A stretch of DNA of 64,000 nucleotides from Bacteroidota bacterium (GCA_041164065.1 JBEAQE010000003.1:170912-234911), one strand, 5' to 3'. Positions 1 through 10,043 are shown, counted from the first letter of the stretch. The notes: a model not told the origin generated them from the letters alone. Translations and numbers: made by a program.

Positions 1-736
1 ATGAACGTTTTTCCTCTGGAGAGGTGAACGTGGCAAAGTCAGAAATACTCTGGGGAACCTCACTGAATAAAATACTACCATCGGGCATGGTTACATTTAA
101 ACTCATGTTATGACGGTAACGTATGCTCCACCAACTTTTGAAATACGTTGAGCTTTGTTTGGTTTTGCTATTGTACTCTTTGTACTCTTTTTTCTCCGCA
201 ATAGGATCTTCGTTTTCGAAACCGAATAAATGTACTTCAATGCTGATGCCATTTGGATCTTGGCTTAATCCTTCAATCTTACCATATGTAGATTCCAACA
301 CAGCTTCATCAAATATTTTCTCGTGGATTACCGTACGTTTATATGGTCTGCTAGGTGGGTAGTAAGGCGATGGCGGCTGTGGCTTTTGATTTTCCAGAAC
401 CTGCTTTTCGATGATTTTCCCTACTGCACTTTTGCTGTTCCATTCTTCTAGGGCTTTTTCATAATTGGCCACCAATTCATCATGAGCCGCCTTTGCAGCA
501 GCTTCTTTCGCTGGATACGCGGCCAATTCCTCTTGATAAACGCGTTCTGCCTCCGCCAATTCTGCCTCGATTTCCTTTTTGTAATCTAAGACCACTTTGA
601 AGTCGTAGCCGATACCTTCGTCTAAATGGATTAGTGGTGGTTGAGTATATTCAAATGTGAATTTTTCTTTTTTCATGTTCTGCGCCAAAAGAGCAGAGCC
701 CGCGAGCATTGCGGTGAATACGAGTGTTTTATTCAT
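1..736 (-). CDS. hypothetical secreted protein (N-terminal 245 codons; C-terminus lies beyond the left window edge)
   Basis: Missing from the ORF track because there is no stop in the window. Manual translation from the ATG at 736-734 stays open to the edge. It gives MNKTLVFTAMLAGSALLAQN (signal peptide), a helical Glu/Ala/Lys-rich stretch (EAELAEAERVYQEELAAYPAKEAAAKAAHDEL) and a Pro-rich linker (QKPQPPSPYYPPSRPY). No family recognised. Confidence 0.6.
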   Translation of the reverse strand, partial: MNKTLVFTAMLAGSALLAQNMKKEKFTFEYTQPPLIHLDEGIGYDFKVVLDYKKEIEAELAEAERVYQEELAAYPAKEAAAKAAHDELVANYEKALEEWNSKSAVGKIIEKQVLENQKPQPPSPYYPPSRPYKRTVIHEKIFDEAVLESTYGKIEGLSQDPNGISIEVHLFGFENEDPIAEKKEYKEYNSKTKQSSTYFKSWWSIRYRHNMSLNVTMPDGSILFSEVPQSISDFATFTSPEEKRS

Positions 737-799
737 GGGATTGTCTAAAATTTCGAACAAAGTACCTTGTAAAGGTTTCAAATGAGATTGTCAATTATG

Positions 800-830
800 A
801 AAAAGCCGGTCTCAGTGAGTGAAACCGGCT
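800..830 (-). terminator. intrinsic terminator downstream of the ABC-F gene
   Basis: The stem AGCCGGT (804-810) pairs with ACCGGCT (824-830). On the minus strand it is followed by a U-run (complement of AAAA at 800-803). It lies 24 nt past the stop at 854. Confidence 0.55.
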
Positions 831-853
831 TAATCTTAATTAGGATGCAATGT

Positions 854-2506
<1,653 letters not shown>

Positions 2507-2567
2507 CTAAATGTATCTTTTATCATTATTGGTAACTCATCAGCCATCAGGCTTCAAATCGTGCTAG

Positions 2568-2765
2568 TTACTGCGCTAAACGGAGCCCAAGCTTCATGTT
2601 GCCTCCATAATATAACGGGCCGCTCCATCCGGGCTCGACATCCCACATCAGGCCATATTCGATTCGAAAGCGAATTTGAGCAATTTGCACCGAAAGCCCG
2701 AAGGCATGAAAAGTTCCCCAGTCGTAATTCCTAGGGTTCGTGTCCAGAGTGATGTGTTGAGCCAT
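2568..2765 (-). CDS. small hypothetical ORF (65 aa), beta-strand-rich; possibly a remnant of an outer-membrane barrel C-terminus
   Basis: Shortened from ORF 2568..2870, whose 5' part overlaps the tRNA-Val terminator. The ATG is at 2765. The sequence is MAQHITLDTNPRNYDWGTFHAFGLSVQIAQIRFRIEYGLMWDV... with alternating hydrophobic residues. Only an imperfect -7 box (TATATTTT) lies upstream. Confidence 0.25.
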   Translation of the reverse strand: MAQHITLDTNPRNYDWGTFHAFGLSVQIAQIRFRIEYGLMWDVEPGWSGPLYYGGNMKLGLRLAQ

Positions 2766-2863
2766 GTAAAGTCTTTTCAATTCACGATAATTGAAAAATA
2801 TAGGGTAGGTTCGACGGGATTTTTTGCCTTCCCCACTCACCAACGCAAGCTTTGATCGTGGGC

Positions 2864-2899
2864 AAAACAAAAAAGCCGTTCATCGAAAGATGAACGGCT
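2864..2899 (-). terminator. intrinsic terminator after tRNA-Val
   Basis: 11-bp stem AGCCGTTCATC / GATGAACGGCT with a GAAA loop (2874-2899). On the minus strand it is followed by UUUUUUGUUUU. Confidence 0.75.
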
Positions 2900-2910
2900 T
2901 TTGAACCTAG

Positions 2911-2985
2911 TGGGCGCTGAGGGATTCGAACCCCCGACCCTCTGCTTGTAAGGCAGATGCTCTGAACCAACTGAGCTAAGCGCCC
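2911..2985 (-). tRNA. tRNA-Val (anticodon TAC)
   Basis: Minus-strand sequence GGGCGCUUAGCUCAGUUGGUUCAGAGCAUCUGCCUUACAAGCAGAGGGUCGGGGGUUCGAAUCCCUCAGCGCCCA. The acceptor GGGCGCU/AGCGCCC pairs, the anticodon loop is CUUACAA, and the T-loop is UUCGAAU. Confidence 0.95.
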
Positions 2986-2995
2986 TAAGCGGGTG

Positions 2996-3003
2996 CAAAT
3001 ATA
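2996..3003 (-). promoter_or_regulatory. Bacteroidota -7 promoter box TATATTTG for tRNA-Val
   Basis: Perfect TAnnTTTG on the minus strand, 10 nt upstream of the tRNA 5' end. Its extended context GCGTATATTTGCACCC is shared with the tRNA-Lys promoter. Confidence 0.6.
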
Positions 3004-3111
3004 CGCGGGCTTTTCATTATTGCAATACCCTTGGTGTAGATTTTGGGAGATTTTTTTGGTGTGGAATCTTATGCTGTTGGAATCCAGCGAATTGGTTTTT
3101 GAAAAAAGTCA

Positions 3112-3597
3112 TTATTTTTTTTCGAAACTGATGGAAAGGCTGTTGACGCAATAGCGAAGGCCTGTTTCCGTCGGGCCGTCATTGAAAACGTGACCGAGGT
3201 GACCGCCGCAATTCGCACACAATATTTCAGTTCGAATCATTCCGTGGCTCTTATCGAGTTTTTCTACGATCGCACCATTTGATATGCCTTTGTCAAAAGA
3301 AGGCCAGCCGCAGTGCCCGTCAAATTTAGAGTCGGATTCAAAAAGGGGGGCGTCACAAGCGCGACAGGTATATGTGCCTTTTTCGAAGTGCATGTTGTAT
3401 TCACCGGTGAAGGGACGTTCCGTTCCTTTTTGACGAATGACAAAGTATTCTTCAGGGGAAAGCTGCTCCTTCCATTGTTCTTCAGATTTTTCTATTGGAT
3501 ACGATTTCGGTTCTCTATTGATCATGGTGTTATCGTTTTGACCTTGGCAGCTTTGAAAGCTTACCACGAGTAGTAATATGGGAAGTAGTGTTTTCAT
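3112..3597 (-). CDS. msrB: peptide-methionine (R)-S-oxide reductase MsrB with N-terminal lipoprotein-type signal peptide
   Basis: 161 aa. SelR/MsrB motifs are present: CxxC pairs (CRACDAPLF, CANCGGHLGHVF), GWPSF and RYCVNS. The N-terminus is MKTLLPILLLVVSFQSC. Confidence 0.9.
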   Translation of the reverse strand: MKTLLPILLLVVSFQSCQGQNDNTMINREPKSYPIEKSEEQWKEQLSPEEYFVIRQKGTERPFTGEYNMHFEKGTYTCRACDAPLFESDSKFDGHCGWPSFDKGISNGAIVEKLDKSHGMIRTEILCANCGGHLGHVFNDGPTETGLRYCVNSLSISFEKK

Positions 3598-3624
3598 GTT
3601 TAATGTGAAAACAAGAAATGTGCC

Positions 3625-4527
3625 TTACTGGTTCGAATTGAAAATAAATTCCGCGATCTGTTTAGCGGTAGAGGGATCATGTAGAATTCTGCGATGACCG
3701 AGGCCGGTAGTTTCGACGTAGGTGCCATTTGCCATATGTTGACCGACTTTTCGGCCTAAGGCTATAGGCGTATCCTGATCTTCTGTATCATGGAATACGA
3801 GGGTAGGGACGGTGTTTGATTTGGCCAATTCCGGGGCGCTTTGCAGGTCAAAGTCATCACCGTGTGTCTGTTTTATGTGATTGATTAACGCTTCTTGAAC
3901 ATCGGCATTAAAGCCAATCATCTGGCAGAACAATCGGACCATATCAGATATTAGTCCTGGAGGGGCAATGAGTATCTGGCGCTCAAGAGGAATTTGAAGG
4001 CGTTGGTTGGCGTATAGCGAAGCATTTGCGCCCAGGCTATGGGCGATTATAGTATGAATTGGTCCGAAGTTATCCGCAATAAGTGCAATACATTCGGCAA
4101 AGTAGGGCATCATGGCTTTCTTTCCCTGAGCCCCGCGGTGAGCGACCGCATTGAACCCTATAATGGTAAACTCGTCGAGCAGATTAGGGTGAAGTTTTTC
4201 CAGCGTTGAAATGATGGTGGCAAATTGAGTGAAGCGACCCGACCAGCCATGAACTAAAACCATGTTCTTCGGGCCTTGACCTATGGAGTATACGGGGAAA
4301 AGATGTCCGGTACTGTGTTTTAGGAATTGGGCTTCACCAAAGCGCGCTTCAAAGGGAATCTCTCGTGATGGTATTTTGAAAGCATAAGGAGTCAAGAACA
4401 AATTCCATGCTAAACGCGAGGCTTTCTTAATACTGATCTTCTGTACGGTAGATGCGGCAATTCGCATTGATTTAGGAACCCTGGTGTAGCTGGGTTGCCC
4501 TTTTAAAGGTTGCTTGTCTTTAGCCAT
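3625..4527 (-). CDS. alpha/beta-fold hydrolase
   Basis: I trimmed ORF 3625..4611 to the ATG at 4527 (MAKDKQPL...) because the longer form overlaps tRNA-Leu. It has an HGWSG oxyanion region, the nucleophile elbow AHSLGA and a C-terminal GLGHRRIL histidine. Confidence 0.8.
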   Translation of the reverse strand: MAKDKQPLKGQPSYTRVPKSMRIAASTVQKISIKKASRLAWNLFLTPYAFKIPSREIPFEARFGEAQFLKHSTGHLFPVYSIGQGPKNMVLVHGWSGRFTQFATIISTLEKLHPNLLDEFTIIGFNAVAHRGAQGKKAMMPYFAECIALIADNFGPIHTIIAHSLGANASLYANQRLQIPLERQILIAPPGLISDMVRLFCQMIGFNADVQEALINHIKQTHGDDFDLQSAPELAKSNTVPTLVFHDTEDQDTPIALGRKVGQHMANGTYVETTGLGHRRILHDPSTAKQIAEFIFNSNQ

Positions 4528-4584
4528 GGTCTTAAATATAGGGGCCAGAAATAAAAAACCCCGGCCGAAGCCAGGGTTATCCAG

Positions 4585-4668
4585 TGCCCAGAACAAGACT
4601 CGAACTTGCACGCGAATACTCGCACCACCCCCTCAAGATGGCGTGTCTACCAATTTCACCACCTGGGC
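4585..4668 (-). tRNA. tRNA-Leu (anticodon GAG), class II with long variable arm
   Basis: Minus-strand sequence GCCCAGGUGGUGAAAUUGGUAGACACGCCAUCUUGAGGGGGUGGUGCGAGUAUUCGCGUGCAAGUUCGAGUCUUGUUCUGGGCA. The anticodon loop is UUGAGGG, the variable arm is GCGA-GUAU-UCGC, and the T-loop is UUCGAGU. Confidence 0.93.
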
Positions 4669-4677
4669 AAGGAGGTG

Positions 4678-4685
4678 CAAATTTA
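4678..4685 (-). promoter_or_regulatory. -7 promoter box TAAATTTG for tRNA-Leu
   Basis: Perfect TAnnTTTG on the minus strand, 9 nt upstream of the tRNA 5' end, followed by GCACC as at the other two tRNA promoters. Confidence 0.55.
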
Positions 4686-4715
4686 ATCGTAAAAAGTAAT
4701 TGAAAGTCGTTGGTG

Positions 4716-4973
4716 CTAATTTTTTTCAGCGTGTCGTTCTGCAGCGCTCATAATCAATGCGGTAGCATGCGTTTTGGTGCTTAGAGTGTGAGTTTTGGGA
4801 AGGCGTAGCTCAATGACTTCAAGCAAATCATCTGCCTTGCTTACGAGTAACCGAACACGTCCAGAAGAGGAGAAGCGAAGTTCTACTTGGATCTTATTCG
4901 GGCCATCCCCATAGACACCAACAAAGTGTTAGCCTTTGTCTATGATTTTGATTTCGGCTGGGTTGAATAACAT
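4716..4973 (-). pseudogene. 85-codon reading frame interrupted by one in-frame TAA (codon 15); a disrupted small gene or a chance ORF
   Basis: Manual translation gives MLFNPAEIKIIDKG*HFVGVYGDGPNKIQVELRFSSSGRVRLLVSKADDLLEVIELRLPKTHTLSTKTHATALIMSAAERHAEKN*. The TAA is at 4931-4929 and the final TAG at 4718-4716. There is no alternative start after the stop that would give 60 aa or more. Confidence 0.35.
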
Positions 4974-5108
4974 TTGCGCAGGTATTTACATATATTAAGA
5001 TAAATGCAATGTTTTAATCATTTGAACAGTTTTTAAAATTTGTGAGTATTTATTACAATTCAACAATTGTTTTTATACTCATAAAAGATCATGTTCGGAT
5101 TTTAGTGC

Positions 5109-5138
5109 AAAAAAAAAAGGCCATCCGAAAGGATGGCC
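5109..5138 (-). terminator. intrinsic terminator after tRNA-Lys
   Basis: Stem GGCCATCC / GGATGGCC (5119-5138) with a GAAA loop, followed on the minus strand by a 10-U run (complement of A at 5109-5118). Confidence 0.8.
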
Positions 5139-5149
5139 TTTTTGAGTTG

Positions 5150-5222
5150 TGATCCCTCAGGGGCTCGAACCCTGGACCCATACATTAAAAGTGTATTGCT
5201 CTACCAACTGAGCTAAGAGATC
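5150..5222 (-). tRNA. tRNA-Lys (anticodon TTT)
   Basis: Minus-strand sequence GAUCUCUUAGCUCAGUUGGUAGAGCAAUACACUUUUAAUGUAUGGGUCCAGGGUUCGAGCCCCUGAGGGAUCA. The anticodon stem-loop is AUACA-CUUUUAA-UGUAU. Confidence 0.95.
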
Positions 5223-5247
5223 AACCCTTATCCGCGTTTGCGGGGTG

Positions 5248-5255
5248 CAAATATA
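5248..5255 (-). promoter_or_regulatory. -7 promoter box TATATTTG for tRNA-Lys
   Basis: Perfect TAnnTTTG on the minus strand, 25 nt upstream of the tRNA 5' end, in the context GCGTATATTTGCACCCC. Confidence 0.55.
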
Positions 5256-5365
5256 CGCTTGATTTTAAAAGTTGCAAGAGGGTTAGAAAAAAAATCATGA
5301 TTTTGTGTCAAGCCCACTAACGACTGCCTTTATTACCTTTGGCTCAACATATAATTAAATCGCTG

Positions 5366-5866
5366 ATGATCATTCTATTGGGGTATATGGGGAGTGGGAA
5401 ATCGACCCTAGGGAAAGAATTGGCAGAACGTCATAAAAAACGCTTTATTGATCTTGACCAGCAGGTAGAGTTAGCTATCGGTACGTCAATCGCTGATTTT
5501 ATTCTCAATAGAGGTGAGTTGCGTTTTCGTAAGGTAGAGCACGAAGTATTACTGCGAATATTGCAAGATTCCGACCAGGATGCAGTGTTGGCCTTGGGCG
5601 GCGGAACCCCAGTGTTCTATGACCATATGAGCTTGCTGAACGATGCAGGAACAACGGTCTACCTTGATGTGAGCGTGAATGAATTGGCCAAGCGTCTTAG
5701 CACACAAAGTGATACACGTCCACTTCTTCAGGGGCATGAGGACATGGTTGAATTCGTTGCGAAACACTTATTTGAGCGTCGAGAATTCTATTTCAAAGCA
5801 AAGTTGCGTTTGCAGGGTGATGCATTAACCGCAGCTCAGCTGGAGCAGCTATTAGGACTGGTTTAA
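5366..5866 (+). CDS. aroK: shikimate kinase
   Basis: The ORF track starts at a TTG (5339). The first ATG, at 5366, gives MIILLGYMGSGKSTLGKELA with a Walker A at the N-terminus as in AroK, and LGGGTP follows. Confidence 0.88.
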   Translation: MIILLGYMGSGKSTLGKELAERHKKRFIDLDQQVELAIGTSIADFILNRGELRFRKVEHEVLLRILQDSDQDAVLALGGGTPVFYDHMSLLNDAGTTVYLDVSVNELAKRLSTQSDTRPLLQGHEDMVEFVAKHLFERREFYFKAKLRLQGDALTAAQLEQLLGLV

Positions 5867-5882
5867 TGAAGCTTAACTAAAA

Positions 5883-6374
5883 TCACTCTAGGTGAACATT
5901 GAGCGCTTCACCGTCAACAACATCAAGCTTAACGCGCTCTTGTAGCGTGGTGCTTAAGCTGATGCCTTTCAGATCTGCTTTCACTGGATATCGCTTATGA
6001 GAACGGTCAACAAGCACGGTTGTAGATAATACTCTTGGGCGGAATTGCATAAGTCGAATTACAGCCCAAAGTAGGGTGCGTCCGGAATTGAGAACATCAT
6101 CAACCAAGGCGAATTCGCCGCCTTCAGGCAAATCAATGACCATGTTTTCAGGCTTTGGAGTGTCCTTATCCAATACCAACTCATGCAGGTGAACGTCAAT
6201 GGTTGAGATTTCTTTGAGGCGTTCAACCAAGCGTTGTGCTAACCAATAGCCATTTTCTTGAATACCAACCACATGGAGGGTTTGAGCACGGCTGTGACGA
6301 TCGTACAATTCCCAAGCGAGACGCTGGATTTTTTGCTCAATCTGCTGAGCATTGAGGATTTCTGTAGTACTCAT
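5883..6374 (-). CDS. phosphoribosyltransferase family protein (PyrR-like)
   Basis: 163 aa with the PRPP-binding motif FALVDDVLNSGRTL. Size and layout match PyrR/uracil-PRT-like proteins. Confidence 0.8.
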   Translation of the reverse strand: MSTTEILNAQQIEQKIQRLAWELYDRHSRAQTLHVVGIQENGYWLAQRLVERLKEISTIDVHLHELVLDKDTPKPENMVIDLPEGGEFALVDDVLNSGRTLLWAVIRLMQFRPRVLSTTVLVDRSHKRYPVKADLKGISLSTTLQERVKLDVVDGEALNVHLE

Positions 6375-6386
6375 AGGACTTCGAAA

Positions 6387-7820
6387 TTACACTTTGAGAA
6401 CCAATTCAACAACGTTTTCAATGTGGTGTGTTTGAGGGAACATATCCACCGCTCGGCTTTGCTTTACTTCATATTTTTCGCTAAGCAAGGCAAGGTCACG
6501 GGCTTGAGTTGCACTGTTACAACTTATGTACACCACTTTCGGGACTTCGAGCTGTAGTAGGAAATCAACCACTTCTCCATGCATTCCTTCGCGAGGAGGG
6601 TCGGTAACTAGAACGTCTGGTTTGCCGTGTTTGGCGACAAAGGCGTCATTGAGTACCATTTTCATATCACCAGCGTAGAATGTGGCGTTGGTGATCCCAT
6701 TAGCTTCTGCATTTTTCTTAGCATCGGCTATGGCCTCTGGAATTAATTCTATGCCCACGACTTCCTTGGCTAGGTCAGCCATGAACAATGCAATGGTTCC
6801 GGTACCTGTGTATAAATCAAAGACTAAATCTGTTTTCTTAATCTGGGCCATTTCGGCTGCCACGCTGTAAAGCGCGCCGGCTTGTTTCGAGTTTGTTTGA
6901 TAGAAACTTTTCGGCCCGATCAAAAACTTCAACGGAGCTCCCTCGCCAGAGAATCGAGGCATGTGCTCTTGAATTTGAGGCGTGCCGTGGAAGAGCTCCA
7001 GATCCAGATCATAGATGGTGTCATTCCCTTTCTCGTTGATGACATAGTACAGCGAAGTAATTTGCGGGAATTTTTCGAGCAGGGCATTGAGCAAATCTTG
7101 GCGTTCTGTGGCCAATTCAGTTCGGAATTGGATCAGCAATAAAACCTCACCGATAGAAGTCACTCGAATCATCATCGTACGCAACCATCCATCTTGTGAA
7201 CGTGGATTGAAAAACGGCAGATCGCGCTCTATGGCCCAATCCTTTATGAAATTTCGAATCGCGTTGGTAGGCTCCGCCTGCAGATGACACTCGCTGATGT
7301 CCAAAACCTTATCCCAAAATCCAGGAATGTGGAAGCCGACGCCACGACGTTCAGGGAAATCAACACCAGAGTCGAGCTGGTCTTGGGTAAGCCACTTGTT
7401 ATCCGTAAAACTGAATTCCAGCTTGTTGCGGTAGTAGTATTGCTCTTCGGAAGGAAGAATGGGGTGCGTCGTTTCAGGACTAATGTGGCCAATTTTCCGA
7501 AGATTTTGTTCCACCTCTTTTTGCTTGTATTCCACCTGCTTTTTATAGTCCAAGGCCTGCCATTTACAGCCACCACAAACACCGAAATGCACACACTTCG
7601 CTTCCACACGGTCGCTACTCATTTCGTGAAAACGAATGGCCTTGCCTTCAAGATAAGAACGACGTTTCTTCGTGACTTGAACGTCTACCACATCACCGGG
7701 TACGCCTCCTGTTACAAAGACTACTCGGTCATTGTGACGTCCCACTGCTTTTCCTTTATTACCGATATCAGTGAGCACAACCTGCTCGAGATTCGGTATG
7801 CGTCTGCTTTTTCTTCCCAT
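6387..7820 (-). CDS. rlmD: 23S rRNA (uracil-5)-methyltransferase RlmD/RumA family
   Basis: It has a TRAM domain (VVFVTGGVPGDVVDVQV), an Fe-S cluster motif (CVHFGVCGGCKWQ) and a SAM MTase motif (DLYTGTGTIAL, VTDPPR). The ORF extends to 7865. I prefer the ATG at 7820 (MGRKSRRIP...), which matches the usual N-terminus. Confidence 0.85.
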   Translation of the reverse strand: MGRKSRRIPNLEQVVLTDIGNKGKAVGRHNDRVVFVTGGVPGDVVDVQVTKKRRSYLEGKAIRFHEMSSDRVEAKCVHFGVCGGCKWQALDYKKQVEYKQKEVEQNLRKIGHISPETTHPILPSEEQYYYRNKLEFSFTDNKWLTQDQLDSGVDFPERRGVGFHIPGFWDKVLDISECHLQAEPTNAIRNFIKDWAIERDLPFFNPRSQDGWLRTMMIRVTSIGEVLLLIQFRTELATERQDLLNALLEKFPQITSLYYVINEKGNDTIYDLDLELFHGTPQIQEHMPRFSGEGAPLKFLIGPKSFYQTNSKQAGALYSVAAEMAQIKKTDLVFDLYTGTGTIALFMADLAKEVVGIELIPEAIADAKKNAEANGITNATFYAGDMKMVLNDAFVAKHGKPDVLVTDPPREGMHGEVVDFLLQLEVPKVVYISCNSATQARDLALLSEKYEVKQSRAVDMFPQTHHIENVVELVLKV

Positions 7821-7881
7821 TGAGGCAAAAATAGCTTTTAATACGGCGCGATATTCATTCGTCACTCCTTTCCGTGTTCCT

Positions 7882-7889
7882 TATATTTG
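7882..7889 (+). promoter_or_regulatory. -7 promoter box TATATTTG upstream of rocD
   Basis: Perfect TAnnTTTG 46 nt upstream of the ATG at 7936. Confidence 0.45.
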
Positions 7890-7935
7890 TGGGGGGCCTG
7901 TTTATAGTACCCGATAGCCACTTAAAAAAGAATAT

Positions 7936-9201
7936 ATGAGTCGTTCATCGCAAGAATTGATGGAATTAGAGGAGCGTTTCGGCGCCCATAACTACCACCC
8001 GCTACCGGTCGTACTCGACCGCGGAGAAGGCGTTTACGTTTGGGATGTTGAAGGTAAAAAGTACTTTGATTTCCTCTCCGCCTACAGTGCGGTAAACCAG
8101 GGGCACTGTCATCCGAAGATTGTCGGTGCGATGATAGAGCAGGCTCAAAAACTTACATTGACCTCGCGCGCTTTCTATAACAGCGCGCTTGGGGAGTACG
8201 AAGAATACATGCATAAGACCTTTGGTTTTGATAAGGTCTTGCCGATGAACTCCGGTGCGGAAGCGGTAGAAACTGCTATTAAAGTTGCTCGCAAGTGGGG
8301 TTATGAGAAAAAAGGCGTTGCACAAAATGAAGGAATCATTGTGGTTTGTGAAGGTAACTTCCACGGGCGTACAACGACAATTATTTCGTTCTCAGACGAT
8401 GCCGACGCACGAAACAACTTTGGTCCTTATACGGACGGGTTTGTGAGCGTGCCATACAACGATATACAAGCCCTGAATTTTGCTTTGATGAATCCAAATG
8501 TCATCGGATTCTTAGTAGAGCCCATTCAGGGTGAAGCAGGGGTCAATACTCCTGATGATACTTTTATTGCGCAAGCTGCTGCTTTGTGTAAAGAGCGTAA
8601 TGTGCTTTTGATGGCTGATGAAGTTCAGACGGGTATAGCCCGTACGGGTAGCTGGTTAGCGGTATGTGGAAACTGTAATTGTGGTGCATCTTGTGAGCGT
8701 CAGGCGACTTATACCAAACCCGATATTTTGATCTTAGGTAAGGCCCTCAGTGGCGGGGTATATCCGGTAAGTGCTGTGTTGGCAGATGATGAGGTGATGA
8801 ATGTTATCAAGCCTGGGCAGCACGGTTCGACCTTTGGAGGGAACCCAATTGCGGCTAAAGTGGCGATGGCGGCTTTGGACGTGATTAAAGAAGAGGAATT
8901 GGCTCCGCATGCACGTGAATTGGGTGCATATTTCCGTGAGAAAATGAATGCCATTATTCAGGAGACTGATCTCGTGGTTAAAGTTCGCGGTAAGGGATTA
9001 TTGAACGCGATTATCATCAACGATACTCCAGAGAGCTCGACGGCTTGGGATATCTGTGTGGCATTAAAAGAGAACGGCCTTTTGGCAAAACCAACGCACG
9101 GTAACATTATTCGCTTTGCGCCACCACTGGTTATGACCAAAGAGGAAATGGACCAGTGTGTAGCCATCATTCGCAAAACATTGTTGGAGTTTAAGGACTA
9201 A
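7936..9201 (+). CDS. rocD: ornithine--oxo-acid aminotransferase
   Basis: 421 aa class-III aminotransferase with YHPLPVVL, DEVQTGIARTG, the PLP-lysine region LGKALSGGVYPVSAVL and HGSTFGGNP. It carries an extra Cys-rich segment (see findings). Confidence 0.9.
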   Translation: MSRSSQELMELEERFGAHNYHPLPVVLDRGEGVYVWDVEGKKYFDFLSAYSAVNQGHCHPKIVGAMIEQAQKLTLTSRAFYNSALGEYEEYMHKTFGFDKVLPMNSGAEAVETAIKVARKWGYEKKGVAQNEGIIVVCEGNFHGRTTTIISFSDDADARNNFGPYTDGFVSVPYNDIQALNFALMNPNVIGFLVEPIQGEAGVNTPDDTFIAQAAALCKERNVLLMADEVQTGIARTGSWLAVCGNCNCGASCERQATYTKPDILILGKALSGGVYPVSAVLADDEVMNVIKPGQHGSTFGGNPIAAKVAMAALDVIKEEELAPHARELGAYFREKMNAIIQETDLVVKVRGKGLLNAIIINDTPESSTAWDICVALKENGLLAKPTHGNIIRFAPPLVMTKEEMDQCVAIIRKTLLEFKD

Positions 9202-9203
9202 GG

Positions 9204-9809
9204 ATGGGGTTGAAGAACATTCATGAACACCTCGAAAGTGCCTTTGAAAATGGGCTTAGTTACGCTGAGTATAGTGCTTTGAATAAGCAGTATGCCAAAG
9301 AGGGTAGAACCACAGGTCCTCAGAAAGAGGCCTATATAGAGTATACAAAGCTCAGTGCGGCGCGCATGCGCCGCTGGGAGAAGGTGTACAAGCCGCATCC
9401 CGATTTCTGTGATTTTCTAGATGGTCTGTCTTTGGTAGGAGATAAGTGGCTCGTTTTTTCAGAAACTTGGTGTGGCGATGCTGCTCACAATTTGCCTTTT
9501 ATCACGCATTGGGCTGAGCGTGTTGGTGCTCAGATGCGCATTATTATGCGGGATGAGAATTTGCCTTTGATGGATGAGTTCTTGACTGGCGGAGGTCGTT
9601 CGATACCAAAATTGGTCCGGATGGATGCTCAATATAATGTGCTTGGTTCCTGGGGGCCTCGTCCAACACCATTGATGAAGCATTACGCAGTGTGGAAATC
9701 GAAACCTGAGTTTGATTACAAGGAATGGGTTCTTTTCGCACAGGAATGGTATAACAGCGACAAGGGGCAAAGTCTCGAGGAAGATTTTAAAGCCTTGCTT
9801 ACCAAATAA
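9204..9809 (+). CDS. thioredoxin-fold family protein
   Basis: 201 aa. It has a thioredoxin-like motif with a single Cys (SETWCGDAAHNLPF). It starts 2 nt after the rocD stop. Confidence 0.6.
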   Translation: MGLKNIHEHLESAFENGLSYAEYSALNKQYAKEGRTTGPQKEAYIEYTKLSAARMRRWEKVYKPHPDFCDFLDGLSLVGDKWLVFSETWCGDAAHNLPFITHWAERVGAQMRIIMRDENLPLMDEFLTGGGRSIPKLVRMDAQYNVLGSWGPRPTPLMKHYAVWKSKPEFDYKEWVLFAQEWYNSDKGQSLEEDFKALLTK

Positions 9810-10043
9810 TCATTTGGTGTGTTCTTTGAAGCTGAGGTACATGGCTTCGAAATGCTTATAAATAGCCTCCTGGAATGCTGGTGTCAAGGCATCCTTGATG
9901 TCCGCTACAGAAGGGTGGGTGTCTTTCATGAATTTGTAGCCTTGTTTCATTGGGCCCGCTTCAAACTCAACGTAGTGCCAGCGTTCCATGGCGTAAATGG
10001 TGGTCTTGTACTGTTTGGTGTGCCAAGTTTCTACTACTCTCAT
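9810..10043 (-). CDS. hypothetical small protein (77 aa), last gene of the M23/TonB-receptor operon
   Basis: Its ATG lies 1 nt after the stop of the upstream receptor gene, on the same strand. No recognisable motif. Confidence 0.55.
   Translation of the reverse strand: MRVVETWHTKQYKTTIYAMERWHYVEFEAGPMKQGYKFMKDTHPSVADIKDALTPAFQEAIYKHFEAMYLSFKEHTK

Noticed and set aside
7284-7823. 179-aa plus-strand ORF
   Set aside because: It is antisense to rlmD, which has unambiguous TRAM, Fe-S and MTase motifs.
9801-9818. Hairpin ACCAAAT-AATC-ATTTGGT spanning the abutting stop codons of two convergent genes
   Set aside because: A 7-bp AT-rich stem without U-tracts is too weak to call a terminator. It may simply reflect the back-to-back stop codons.
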